Position numbers and translations under genes: made by a program. A stretch of 64,000 nt of DNA, taken from assembly GCA_964440975.1 (NCBI GenBank), contig CAYYKI010000001.1, positions 2,591 to 66,590 on the forward strand, read 5' to 3'. Positions 19,873 to 29,834 of this stretch are shown here, in pieces; the first letter of the stretch is position 1; each line of letters opens with the position of its first letter. The DNA comes from an uncultured Candidatus Saccharibacteria bacterium (GTDB lineage: Bacteria; Patescibacteriota; Saccharimonadia; Saccharimonadales; CAZNVG01). The notes beneath the pieces were generated by a model. That model was not told where the DNA came from, did not search any database, and saw nothing but the letters and a program-made list of their open reading frames with translations.

Positions 19873-20685
19873 ATGACCAAGAGTGGACAAAATAAACACA
19901 TCAAGTCAACCCTGTTATCTATTGTTATCCCTGCCTACCAGGAACAAAAGATCATTGGTAAATCACTTAATACCCTTCATGCCTATTTGCAAAAGGAAAA
20001 ACTGCTCACCAAGTGTGAGGTAATTGTAGTATCAGCAGATGGTAAAGACAAAACTGCCCAGATCGCTAAGCGTTATGCTAAATTATTTCAACATTTTCAG
20101 GTTATTCAGCCTGGACCAAAGGCAGGAAAAGGCCGTGATGTTCGAGTTGGAGTGCTCGCGTCCAAAGCTAAATACGTTTTGTTTATGGATGCCGACCTTG
20201 CTACTCCATTACACCACATAAGAAGCCTTCTTGCCTCTCTAGAGGACGGGGCAGACATAGTGATAGGAGTACGCCGCTTAACTCGAATACATAGCGGTGT
20301 GCGAATGTATGTATCGATTTTTGGAAATCTTCTTTCGCGACTTATATTGCTCCCAAGAATCAGTGACACACAATGTGGTTTTAAGGGCTTCACAAGACAA
20401 GCAGCACAAAAAATATTTCGTGTTCAGCAAATAAATGGCTGGGGTTTTGACATGGAGGTACTTGCCATTGGGAAAAACTGGAAATTACGAATCCAAGAAG
20501 TACTAATCGATGATTGGCATGATCCAAAGATTGAACAGGGATTAGTCGGAGAATCTCGGATATCGGCAGTAGTCAACACGCTTACTGAACTATTCATAAT
20601 TCGCATACGACTGCTACGCGGAGTATATGATGCAAAACCAACAACTCAACGAGCCCGAAGTACTGGGTTGTCAAATAGAACTTGA
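19873..20685 (+). CDS. GT2 polyprenyl-phosphate glycosyltransferase (dolichyl-P glucosyltransferase-like)
   Basis: SIVIPAYQE, FMDADLATP, DTQCGFKGF, GWGFDMEVL. Confidence 0.88.
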   Translation: MTKSGQNKHIKSTLLSIVIPAYQEQKIIGKSLNTLHAYLQKEKLLTKCEVIVVSADGKDKTAQIAKRYAKLFQHFQVIQPGPKAGKGRDVRVGVLASKAKYVLFMDADLATPLHHIRSLLASLEDGADIVIGVRRLTRIHSGVRMYVSIFGNLLSRLILLPRISDTQCGFKGFTRQAAQKIFRVQQINGWGFDMEVLAIGKNWKLRIQEVLIDDWHDPKIEQGLVGESRISAVVNTLTELFIIRIRLLRGVYDAKPTTQRARSTGLSNRT

Positions 20686-22727
20686 CCTGGTTCGTTTTCT
20701 TCGAATGTTACATCCAGGTGCTTTGCTGAAGATACTTTGATATTCACCAGGTCGTCACTTGCGCAAATACGACGCTCTTCTTGCTGCCTCTCAGTCCTCA
20801 GAACTACGATACCGCATGCTCCGAGTTGTTGAATAGAGGCATCCTGCCGGATACGAACAGACAACAGCGAATCACTGTTGGTGTTTTCCAATTTAATAGT
20901 TGCCTTTCGATCAACCAGTAGGGCGTTGCTAATGCCTGCCTGGCGATAATCCAATCCAGACACTGTAGCCTGTTTTCCCGAACGATACATATTAAACCGT
21001 GGATAAATCTCTAGTGAAGGCTTGTCTTTTGGAACCATCACCCATAAAGTTGCGTCATGAACGATTGTTTTAGTTACTTGGTAGTTTGTAGTTATATAGT
21101 TACTGATTCTCCACACCGCGCCAGAAAGAGCCTCTGCCTGCAAGACATCAAAAACAATGATCTGTGGTTTGGTTTCTTGCAGCTGCTGGATAGTACTATC
21201 CTGTTCTGCCTCGGTAACCTGCGGCTCAAACGTGAGCAACTTAGTGGCGTGTTTTGGAGCCAAACTATAGTAGATGGGCTGAATTGGAAAACTAAATAGT
21301 GTCCGTGGCTGAAGGCGATCAGTCACCTCTTTAACATCATAATATTCTGCGTATAAGCTCGGGCTAACCTGCACCCCTCCAATTTTCGGTTCAGCTGAAC
21401 GTCCATCGTGTAACTGAGCTCGCACAGAATTAATCGTTGCTATCATAGAGGGCGTTAGTATGTATATGAGTACTGTGAAGGTTGCGCCCAGAATGAGGTA
21501 GCTATTTACTGCAACTCGACCGCTGCGATCAATATCAGTAGACTGATACTCTGGACGATTTTTAACAGCTACGGCGATTACAAAAGGTATGAGAACTAGA
21601 AAGGCGCTTTTTGAGAAGATAGCCAAAAGAAGTGCTCCAAAAAAAGCTACGCCGTATGGTGCAAATGCGTGCAATGCCTTTTTATTTATTTGCACGCCTC
21701 GACAACTGAGCAAAAACAAAGGAACGATCAAGAATAACTCAGGGATAGAAAAATACAAGTGTCCAGCATCACTTCTCCCAAGCAGGGTTGTTAGCCGCAA
21801 AATCCCGAAACCTAATATAACTCCTTCTTCTTTTCCTAGTTTTTGGTTGAAATATAAAATCCCAAAACAGAGTCCATACAGTATGAATGGGAGATAATAA
21901 ACTATGGCGCTATAGCTAAATGAGGGGAACGGAAGGTCCATGAATTTTGGCTGTCGAACCATAGCATAGTACGTAGTGTAGTAAACGAATGCGCCAAAAC
22001 TTGAATAAAATAGTATATATAGTAGTAATGGGGCTGCACCAGCTAGCGCCCCACCAACAATCGCCTGCAGCCGCTTTATTAATCCAGTCCAACTTGAGCG
22101 CCACACCACTTCGTTTGCGACCATAGTTACAGCAGCAATCGCTGCCATTTCTTGTCCAAAAATAAATGTAACACCAGCCGTAACACCTGCGAGCTTTAGC
22201 GCTCGTTGTTTTATATCTACCAATTCAAGACTACGAATGTATAGGGCTACCGCCAGAAATGCAAGACCGGCCCGTAGCTGACCGAACGGTGGTATCAGCA
22301 TTGTTAGGCCCACAGCAAAACCACCATACCAAAAAGCTTGTTTCTTTTTTAAGGCCTTGAGTATTATCATGACTGAAAGGGCAAAAACGAGTGGATAGAA
22401 TATTAATGCTTCCGCATACAACGCGAGGGTCAAAGAATTCTGATGCATACCAAAAATTCGAATAAATAATGACCACAAAAAGTACGAGCCAGGAGTACGA
22501 AAGTGCACAAAGTCCTTGTATATGACCTCGCCTTTAGCGATATTACTTGCAAATGCATAGAAGGTTGATTGATCACCCCCACCAAGGTTATCGTCATAGA
22601 ATTTGATGGACATAAATGCCCCGGCTAGCAAAACAAGTCCACAAATAACAATCGTTGCCGCCCTCCAAGAGGATAACATCTTGCGCATTTGCAAGGCCTT
22701 ATTCGGTTTCTCTATTCTGCCTGCCAT
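20646..22727 (-). CDS. Polytopic membrane protein, probable GT-C glycosyltransferase
   Basis: D...GEVIYKDFVHFRTPG first-loop motif typical of ArnT/GT-C-like proteins, many TMs, and a soluble C-terminal domain. Confidence 0.6.
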   Translation of the reverse strand: MAGRIEKPNKALQMRKMLSSWRAATIVICGLVLLAGAFMSIKFYDDNLGGGDQSTFYAFASNIAKGEVIYKDFVHFRTPGSYFLWSLFIRIFGMHQNSLTLALYAEALIFYPLVFALSVMIILKALKKKQAFWYGGFAVGLTMLIPPFGQLRAGLAFLAVALYIRSLELVDIKQRALKLAGVTAGVTFIFGQEMAAIAAVTMVANEVVWRSSWTGLIKRLQAIVGGALAGAAPLLLYILFYSSFGAFVYYTTYYAMVRQPKFMDLPFPSFSYSAIVYYLPFILYGLCFGILYFNQKLGKEEGVILGFGILRLTTLLGRSDAGHLYFSIPELFLIVPLFLLSCRGVQINKKALHAFAPYGVAFFGALLLAIFSKSAFLVLIPFVIAVAVKNRPEYQSTDIDRSGRVAVNSYLILGATFTVLIYILTPSMIATINSVRAQLHDGRSAEPKIGGVQVSPSLYAEYYDVKEVTDRLQPRTLFSFPIQPIYYSLAPKHATKLLTFEPQVTEAEQDSTIQQLQETKPQIIVFDVLQAEALSGAVWRISNYITTNYQVTKTIVHDATLWVMVPKDKPSLEIYPRFNMYRSGKQATVSGLDYRQAGISNALLVDRKATIKLENTNSDSLLSVRIRQDASIQQLGACGIVVLRTERQQEERRICASDDLVNIKVSSAKHLDVTFEENEPGQVLFDNPVLRAR

Positions 22728-22787
22728 CGTTACAGATATAGTAATGGTCTGGCTGCGATTGTCCTAATTTACGAGTTTGTGCTGACC

Positions 22788-25145
22788 CTACAGACTCGCG
22801 CCTGTCGGTATTGTTGCCGCGAAGTTGTCCGAAACTTGTAGCGTATTCTGCGACGTCCCCCCTTGCGTGGTATAGGTTTGCATGCTGGTTACGTGGCGTT
22901 TCTGCCCGCTCGCTATTTTGTATATTTTTCCATCGTTCGTACGAATAAAATTGGTGAGCTCTTGAGTTGATGTTGGTAAATAGCCGCAATTAACGCTATT
23001 TAAACTGTTGAATTGATTGTCAGCCCAGCCATAATCGTTTTGTACTGATAAGCTAACCGCAAATAGCGTGCCGTTGCTTGCAGCATACTTTGTGCCGTTG
23101 CAATTAATCAGATTAGTCAAGTTTCCAATCTCTTGGTATGTTGCCAAGCTACTCGAATCGACCGTTCGAACGTTACTACTCACACCCATATCGTTTGTTG
23201 TACCAAAGCTGCCCACATACCACTTACGCAGAAATCCATCTATATAATAGACGTTTGGACTGTTATTGGGTTTCACCAGGCTGTCTGTTACGTATGCTGG
23301 AGGCCCATCAGATATTGCGTTAGTCGATGAAGGATATAGCGTAGCAAATGAGCTAGAGTTTCCATTGAGCTTCACGAAATAATTCCAGTCTTCCATTGGG
23401 TACTTTTTAGCTCCTTGAACATAGTAGATGACTGGACTATTAGAGGGCTTAACGAAGCCGTTATTAATTGGCTGCGATGAGGTTGGAGTCTGAGAAATTA
23501 CACTATCGTCAAAATCAGTGTTGAAGGTTGACGACCAGTCACTTGGCGACGTGAGCTGCTTTTTACCAGAGCCATCGACAAGGAAATTGGAACCTGATGT
23601 ATTAGCAATAAATCCATTGAAACTGGGGTTTATGGTCGATCGCAAAATCGTATCATCAGTGAGGCTACCGTGCGTCATTCCAGCAATAAATGGGCTGGAA
23701 AGAAATTCACTAGGGATTGGTGTAAATTCTCCATCTCGATAGTAATAATAGTTTGCCGTGTAGAATCCACGTACAATCACATTACTTCGTATTACTGGAC
23801 TTCCAAGTGGTAGGTTTTCTATGGCATCTGCCTCAAGCCGGTTGTAGTAGCCACTCAACCCTGCGTTCTGCCTAGATTGCTCGTCGTATACCTCGCTCCG
23901 ACTTCCGCCTGAAATGTAGTAGTTTGTGTTATTTGTTGTCTGGAAGAATGCTGTCATGTCAGGACCAGTTTGCATGGCAGCCATTTGGTAATCATTCAAT
24001 ACTGCTTCTTGGCCACACGCCATGCCATAGGCCACAAGCATCTCACACGAGGTGAACTTGAGCTTATAGCCGGCATCAAAGAAATACAGATCGGCATTGG
24101 TGTTTGATTTAATAGCTCTTTTTAAAGCAGCGCCAGTCTGAAGGCTATCTAGGTACGCCTGTGATGTGTAGCTAACTTCACCCAGTGGCCTTGTAAGGTC
24201 GTACAACAACCCAGAACTATAAATGGGATATTTTTTATCGTATGCAATCAGGTATACCAGTGGGTTTTCATTCGTTCTCACTAATGAGGTGGATCGAGTA
24301 GAGCCAAACCAATCATTAAACATTCTCCAAAAGTTACGATTACCGTAGGCACTACAACCATCACCGATACCATATAAATTATTGAGTGCTGCAGCATTTG
24401 GCTGGTACGGCGTGTAGTTATATAAAGCAGCTGTAGCACCGTTTTGTATTGATATGTTAGAGCCCCCACATCCTGCGTTTGGGTTGTAGGCAATATAGCT
24501 TGTTCTTCCTGCGGCGTAGTTAAACGAGTTGGGCTGTAGAACATATCGTTTAAACTGTCGGGCTGCGCGATAGACTTGATTGAAGAATCCATAATACTCA
24601 GCATCACACGGAGCAGTATCGGGGCAGCCATATCCAGTCGCCGATCGATATTGTATGGGCCAAGGCCAGTCGTCGGTAATGAGGCTTTGTTCCTTTTGCA
24701 GCAATACAATGAGTGACTGCGGATTAATGCCGCAAACTTTTGCAACATCATAGATAATCATGGCGGCACTTTTGTTTCCTCCACTCATACCTCCACAAAA
24801 AGCGTCTGGAGCAATTTGTGGAACACTTTGGACGTAGTCCTTTACACAGGTATAGGGCGGTGGCACCCCGCTGGCTCTACCAAAGTCTGCACGAGTGGCA
24901 TAACCAGCTCTTCCCGACGGTTGGGAACCATTAGTATCGCAAGTCGGGACTTTGGAGTTTAAAAATGCCTGGATAGTACTAATATCCATTGTATTACTAT
25001 TGAAGAATATGCCGTCACCAATTATATTAGCGGCATTGAAGCTACTACCAGACAGCGCAGATGCACGAGAAGCACTAAATGGTGCAGCCTGAACTAAGGT
25101 TGCCAAAACAAATACAACGCCGAGGAATAGAGAGTGTCGCTTCAT
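22788..25145 (-). CDS. Secreted surface protein: putative glycoside hydrolase-like N-terminal domain plus repeated beta-rich modules
   Basis: Signal peptide, INPQSLIVLLQKEQSLI, ATGYGCPD and TAALYNYTPY; repeats LVRTNENPLVYLI, FVKPSNSPVIYYV and LVKPNNSPNVYYI. Confidence 0.7.
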   Translation of the reverse strand: MKRHSLFLGVVFVLATLVQAAPFSASRASALSGSSFNAANIIGDGIFFNSNTMDISTIQAFLNSKVPTCDTNGSQPSGRAGYATRADFGRASGVPPPYTCVKDYVQSVPQIAPDAFCGGMSGGNKSAAMIIYDVAKVCGINPQSLIVLLQKEQSLITDDWPWPIQYRSATGYGCPDTAPCDAEYYGFFNQVYRAARQFKRYVLQPNSFNYAAGRTSYIAYNPNAGCGGSNISIQNGATAALYNYTPYQPNAAALNNLYGIGDGCSAYGNRNFWRMFNDWFGSTRSTSLVRTNENPLVYLIAYDKKYPIYSSGLLYDLTRPLGEVSYTSQAYLDSLQTGAALKRAIKSNTNADLYFFDAGYKLKFTSCEMLVAYGMACGQEAVLNDYQMAAMQTGPDMTAFFQTTNNTNYYISGGSRSEVYDEQSRQNAGLSGYYNRLEADAIENLPLGSPVIRSNVIVRGFYTANYYYYRDGEFTPIPSEFLSSPFIAGMTHGSLTDDTILRSTINPSFNGFIANTSGSNFLVDGSGKKQLTSPSDWSSTFNTDFDDSVISQTPTSSQPINNGFVKPSNSPVIYYVQGAKKYPMEDWNYFVKLNGNSSSFATLYPSSTNAISDGPPAYVTDSLVKPNNSPNVYYIDGFLRKWYVGSFGTTNDMGVSSNVRTVDSSSLATYQEIGNLTNLINCNGTKYAASNGTLFAVSLSVQNDYGWADNQFNSLNSVNCGYLPTSTQELTNFIRTNDGKIYKIASGQKRHVTSMQTYTTQGGTSQNTLQVSDNFAATIPTGASL

Positions 25146-25675
25146 AATTTCACCTCTTTTTCGGCCGAAGTTCCCTGTGCTTTAGGGGAAGAGTACGAGA
25201 CGGAGAGTTTCCAAATGCCTGGCGCAGTAAAGTCTGAGCGATTGAACGTCGTATACTCACAATTTGTAGTAGTGGCGTTGGCCATCCCTGACACATTTCT
25301 GGATACCTTATTTGCTCCTTGTTGCAGTGTTATTGTGCAAACACCCCCATCTTCAATAATCCCGCTAACATAGCTAGCTATTTGTACCGATGCGTCGTCT
25401 ACGGTAGCAGACGTTATTGTGACAACTATAGAGTTGCCGTTGTTGCTTGTTTGCGGTGTCTGCGTTTGCTGCTTGGCTATATCATCTTTATGCTGCTCTG
25501 TTTCGGCCTTCTCTGTTTCAGTTGGAGGGTTGTAGTTTATCTCGCCAGTTGGATTTTCTGGTATTTGTGTTGGTGTTTTTGCATTATTTGGCCATAACAT
25601 CACCGCTCCGCCAACCGCCAGCAGAGTAACGCCGCCTGCAAGGGCAACCTTCTTGTACGCTAAGAGCCTATGCAT
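25142..25675 (-). CDS. Membrane-anchored hypothetical protein (Ig-like C-terminus)
   Basis: N-terminal TM, INYNPPT motif, and a Cys pair; overlaps the start of the downstream gene. Confidence 0.7.
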   Translation of the reverse strand: MHRLLAYKKVALAGGVTLLAVGGAVMLWPNNAKTPTQIPENPTGEINYNPPTETEKAETEQHKDDIAKQQTQTPQTSNNGNSIVVTITSATVDDASVQIASYVSGIIEDGGVCTITLQQGANKVSRNVSGMANATTTNCEYTTFNRSDFTAPGIWKLSVSYSSPKAQGTSAEKEVKL

Positions 25676-25762
25676 GGGAGATATATTTTATCAGTTTTTA
25701 TCTTTTATGTTAGTGCTTTAATTGTATGCCAATTGTAAGTTATCCACAAGAGTATTTGTCTA

Positions 25763-26731
25763 TTATCTTTTGCGCGCTTTTTGCTCTAACGAATAGTTTT
25801 TGCCTTTCTTGTTGAATCGACTCTTAGCGCCCTTATCTGCGGCTCGACCGGCAGTACGTCGCAGTATGTTATATATCGGGGCTTGCATTAGCCAGCGAAG
25901 CTTTGCTTTTGTGGTGTAATCTTTATCTTTGATAATAAACTTGATGTCTTGCCAGCTATCTTTTAGCGAGCCAAACAGCAATTCCTGCACGCTAACTAGC
26001 TGGCGCTCTGGATACAGTCTCTTTAGGGCAGCATATTCGTCATACACCCGCCCGAAATACTCCTTCAGTTTGTAATTATGGGAATGAATGACTGATCCAT
26101 ATGGCACATATGCCTTAATTAAACCTTTATTAAGAATATCTTCGGCAAGATACCTGTCTTCAGCGTACGGCACGTCTCGATAAGGTATGTCTTTAAGCAG
26201 CGCAGTTCGACGGACCGCTGAGTTAGCATCGGAAAAAAATTCACTCGTTGCTGGAAAAGAATCGTTTACGAAGGGATCGCGATAATGAAGCGTCAGACTG
26301 CCGTCGGGCCCCTGACCAGCAAAAGCGTTAATCATATCTCGCTTGTTGAGCGGCATACAGTCAGGACGTGGAATTTGTTTGCCAAAAACAGCTACGATTT
26401 TTTCACTGATACTAAATGGGTGCATCATTTCGTTTAGCCAGTTCTCGTGTGCTGGCACTGCATCTTGCGTAAGGTACATTATGATTTCGCCCTTTGCCAG
26501 TTTGGCAATGGCATTTCGGGTTTTCCCGTGCCCAAATTCTGAATTGCTGATTTGTACCAGCCTAACCTTATCGCCAAACCGACGAATAATGTCGAGTGTT
26601 CGGTCGGTTGAACCGGAGTCAACTATCAGTAACTCGTATTGCTTTTTAGTCTTCTGACTAAGTATCGATTCTATGACTGACTCCATGAACTCTTCGCCAT
26701 TAAAGGTAGGGATCGCAACTGTCACATCCAT
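25763..26731 (-). CDS. GT2 glycosyltransferase (rhamnosyltransferase-like)
   Basis: VAIPTFNG, VDSGSTD, FGHGKTRN, LTQDAVP, HSHNY. Confidence 0.88.
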   Translation of the reverse strand: MDVTVAIPTFNGEEFMESVIESILSQKTKKQYELLIVDSGSTDRTLDIIRRFGDKVRLVQISNSEFGHGKTRNAIAKLAKGEIIMYLTQDAVPAHENWLNEMMHPFSISEKIVAVFGKQIPRPDCMPLNKRDMINAFAGQGPDGSLTLHYRDPFVNDSFPATSEFFSDANSAVRRTALLKDIPYRDVPYAEDRYLAEDILNKGLIKAYVPYGSVIHSHNYKLKEYFGRVYDEYAALKRLYPERQLVSVQELLFGSLKDSWQDIKFIIKDKDYTTKAKLRWLMQAPIYNILRRTAGRAADKGAKSRFNKKGKNYSLEQKARKR

Positions 26732-27981
26732 TATAGTCCTGCCTTCTTACGCATAAAGGTTTCGGCTGCATCCCAAGTCTTTCCCCACGGCTCAAGCCGC
26801 GCCTTTGACGAAGCCTCCTTGAAGTAAGTGGGTGCTGTATCAAATAATAACTTTTCAGCTTCCGCCACCATCTTGCTAGGATCCGGATCAATATAGCGCA
26901 TGTACGGGCTATCGAAAACCATTGAGTTATTATCAGCTTTATTAACAAGAGGTATGCAACCGGTTGCAAGCATTTCCTGGGGAATTAGTGACATATTCGT
27001 AAACGAAATTACTATACCAGTTCGACATCTATTGTAGATTTTGTTTAGTTGTTCGTGTGACGTAACGCCATGATCTTCATAGGTAAAATCAAATTTGTAT
27101 TTTTTTAAATCTCCACCAAAACAATGAATTTTAAGGTCTGGATGTTTACGGGCTAATTGTTCGAGCACCAGTATGCCTAACTCAAATCCGCGCCGAGGAG
27201 TTCCTGGTCGTGCATAAAAACATATATCTTTACGAGGTTTGTTTTGATTGAAATAAATATGATGATCAATACCAAAATCAAAGCTTTCACAATCCATGCC
27301 AAATTCATCATGAAGCTTATGCTTCAGCCACTTACCCGCAGTAATTCCGTATAGTCCGTACGTATAGGTGTTTTCCGCAAAGGTTGAGTAGGATCCAACT
27401 GCGTTAAACATTGGTTCGTAGTCTTGGACAAAATAGAAACGAGGACATTTGTTTTTTATGCTCAAACACCCGTATACAGAAGTCCAGTCAGTAGCATACA
27501 AAATATCTGCTTTTTCAGCACCTTCTAGTCCGTAAAACACCTCAGCCTTGAACTTAGCAAACTGTGTCTTGAGAATTTCAACCGCAACCTCGGGCTTTTT
27601 TGTCTTCAACGGATCATATATGTACAAGCTGACCTGATAATCCTTAGTTTCAAGAAACTGCACATACCTTGATATCGTAGTGTGTCCACCCGATCCAGGA
27701 TCTGCGGGGGGGACAATCATACCTATTTTAGTTCGACCCTGGTTTTTAGATACCTTATACTGAGTAACTTTTTTTGCACCAACAATATGCTTTTTTTCCG
27801 CGGGCCACACCACCTCTAAATCCTTTCCGGCGCCCCTGAGCATACGCACTTCAGCAGCCCACTCTTCGTTGCGTTCTTCGAGCTTTTCGATGGTACTACG
27901 GAGTGCGTCCACCTTTTTCATAACAATGCTCGCGGGATACGTTTTGCGTAACACTGACTTTGCTATCTGTCTCTTGTTCAT
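26731..27981 (-). CDS. GT4-like glycosyltransferase (WsaF-type)
   Basis: GSGGHTTI, YFVQDYEPMF, FYARPGTPRRGFELG, NMSLIPQEMLATGC. Confidence 0.82.
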   Translation of the reverse strand: MNKRQIAKSVLRKTYPASIVMKKVDALRSTIEKLEERNEEWAAEVRMLRGAGKDLEVVWPAEKKHIVGAKKVTQYKVSKNQGRTKIGMIVPPADPGSGGHTTISRYVQFLETKDYQVSLYIYDPLKTKKPEVAVEILKTQFAKFKAEVFYGLEGAEKADILYATDWTSVYGCLSIKNKCPRFYFVQDYEPMFNAVGSYSTFAENTYTYGLYGITAGKWLKHKLHDEFGMDCESFDFGIDHHIYFNQNKPRKDICFYARPGTPRRGFELGILVLEQLARKHPDLKIHCFGGDLKKYKFDFTYEDHGVTSHEQLNKIYNRCRTGIVISFTNMSLIPQEMLATGCIPLVNKADNNSMVFDSPYMRYIDPDPSKMVAEAEKLLFDTAPTYFKEASSKARLEPWGKTWDAAETFMRKKAGL

Positions 27982-27999
27982 ACCTTGGAGAATCCTTTG

Positions 28000-28539
28000 T
28001 TATCTACTATTCTTTGCTATAAGCGTGTAGTGAAACGGCATCAAAAACCTATCAGCCTGTTCAAGTCCTTTCAGCTCAATCAGCTCAAAATCCTTAAATA
28101 ACTCTCGTAAGCCGTGTTCCGTAAACCGCCAACAATCAGGTAGCGGTCCATGGATCCTAAAATCAAAAGGTGTCGAAACCAAAGCAAGCCCGCCTTTTTT
28201 AAGGATTCGTCGAATCTCGGCAACTGCATTGAAGGGTTGTAGGGTGTGCTCTAGAACTTCAGTGCACACCACAATATCAAATGACTCACTTGGTATGGTT
28301 GCACTGTTATTGGTGCATAAATCAGCAATGTAATCAGCCCCAGACTCTGCGTCTATATCCATCGTCTTGATCGATGCGTTCGGAAAATAGGGAGATGCCC
28401 CCTCGTGATCTTGTGGTGCGATATCTAATATGGTCAGCCCATTATTGTCGTACTTTTGGCCGCATTGCTGCATAAAATTGCTAATGTTTTGGCGCATTTT
28501 TTTATGAATTTCTTTATCAAGATCGGATACTTCTGGCAT
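28000..28539 (-). CDS. Class I SAM-dependent methyltransferase
   Basis: FDIVVCTEVLEH, RILKKGG, HGPLPDCWRFT. Confidence 0.85.
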   Translation of the reverse strand: MPEVSDLDKEIHKKMRQNISNFMQQCGQKYDNNGLTILDIAPQDHEGASPYFPNASIKTMDIDAESGADYIADLCTNNSATIPSESFDIVVCTEVLEHTLQPFNAVAEIRRILKKGGLALVSTPFDFRIHGPLPDCWRFTEHGLRELFKDFELIELKGLEQADRFLMPFHYTLIAKNSR

Positions 28540-28544
28540 AATTA

Positions 28545-29834
28545 CTAATCCTTTTCCATTAATGCTTCAATCATGTGTGAATCAAATACTGGCAGTCCGA
28601 GTTCTTTGTGTACAGATGCACGCTCAGCATGCGAATCATCTATGAATATTGCTTTTGTTTCCGTAATCCGTGACGGCTTTAACGAACCGTCCTGAATCCA
28701 TATTATCTCATCAAACATTTGTCCGAGTCGGTACTTTTTTAAGGTTTCGTTTAAGTCCTGTTTGTGCTTGGTGATCAAATGTAACTTAATACCCTTATTC
28801 AAACACTGGTACAAGAAAGCGACTATCTGAGTGTTCACTCTGTTGTTGAAAATGATAAGGTCGTCAAAATCAATATACACATGCTCATATTCGAGATTAT
28901 GCGTGTAGCGACTAGCGAGTGCTCGATCGATTGTCAGCTCGACGTCGTTTTCAAAGATGTCTACATCATAACCCATCCAGTCAAACAAGTTGAGTAGTGG
29001 TAAATTCACACCCGCACACCGAACCAGCCCCATTGTTCCGGCTACCCGTACGGCGACCTCCATGAGCACTAGTTCACCGTTTGATCTCTCTTTAACCTGG
29101 AAGAACCAGACGCCTCGCAGTTCCAAAATTTCATTAATTTTTTCTGCCATCTTCCTGAATCGACTGTCCTTTGTAGTCATAGAGCTAACACTAATTCCAT
29201 TTGAAATTCTCTTACGCTGTCTGCCCCGGACAAACCTGACTGCACCATGTCGGTCAGTAAAGCAATCTATGGTGTATTCCTTTCCAGGTAGGTATTCCAA
29301 CAATAGTAAGCTTGGGTTTTGGTTGAGGTAGAAGATGGCTTCGTCACTATTTTGGGCAACATGGGTGCCTTTTGAGCCCTGCCCAACATTTGGTTTCATA
29401 AAAATTGGGTATTGATCACCAGGGATGGCGCCTACAGCGCCGTAAACCCTCGGAGTCTCTACGGCTAACTGAAGATATTCATACGTCTTACGTTTTGAAC
29501 GCACAATCTGGTTTGTGCTATAGCTTGATGATATTACATCACAAGCAAGCAGACCCTTATCGCTCGCCTCGCTAAGCCGTAGTGCAACCTCATCATGTGC
29601 CGGAAAAATTGCTGCAATGTCGTGGGCCTTCACCGTGGCATTTATCGCCTCAATGAAGTTCCTATCATTAACATAGGGGAGTTCCGGAATATAGTTCTTG
29701 TAAACAAATTGGCCATGATCATCCTCCGATGATCCCCCCCAGAGCTCAAAGTGAGTAGAGAAGCAAACAGAGCGATAGATTTCTAAACCTATTTCCGAAC
29801 CGCACGGAAAGACCAAGACATTCTTTTTAGGCAT
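28545..29834 (-). CDS. ATP-grasp protein with C-terminal HAD-like domain
   Basis: PIFMKPNVGQGSKG, EYLPGKEYTID, LMEVAVRVAG; C-terminal YIDFDD and IFIDDS. Confidence 0.8.
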   Translation of the reverse strand: MPKKNVLVFPCGSEIGLEIYRSVCFSTHFELWGGSSEDDHGQFVYKNYIPELPYVNDRNFIEAINATVKAHDIAAIFPAHDEVALRLSEASDKGLLACDVISSSYSTNQIVRSKRKTYEYLQLAVETPRVYGAVGAIPGDQYPIFMKPNVGQGSKGTHVAQNSDEAIFYLNQNPSLLLLEYLPGKEYTIDCFTDRHGAVRFVRGRQRKRISNGISVSSMTTKDSRFRKMAEKINEILELRGVWFFQVKERSNGELVLMEVAVRVAGTMGLVRCAGVNLPLLNLFDWMGYDVDIFENDVELTIDRALASRYTHNLEYEHVYIDFDDLIIFNNRVNTQIVAFLYQCLNKGIKLHLITKHKQDLNETLKKYRLGQMFDEIIWIQDGSLKPSRITETKAIFIDDSHAERASVHKELGLPVFDSHMIEALMEKD

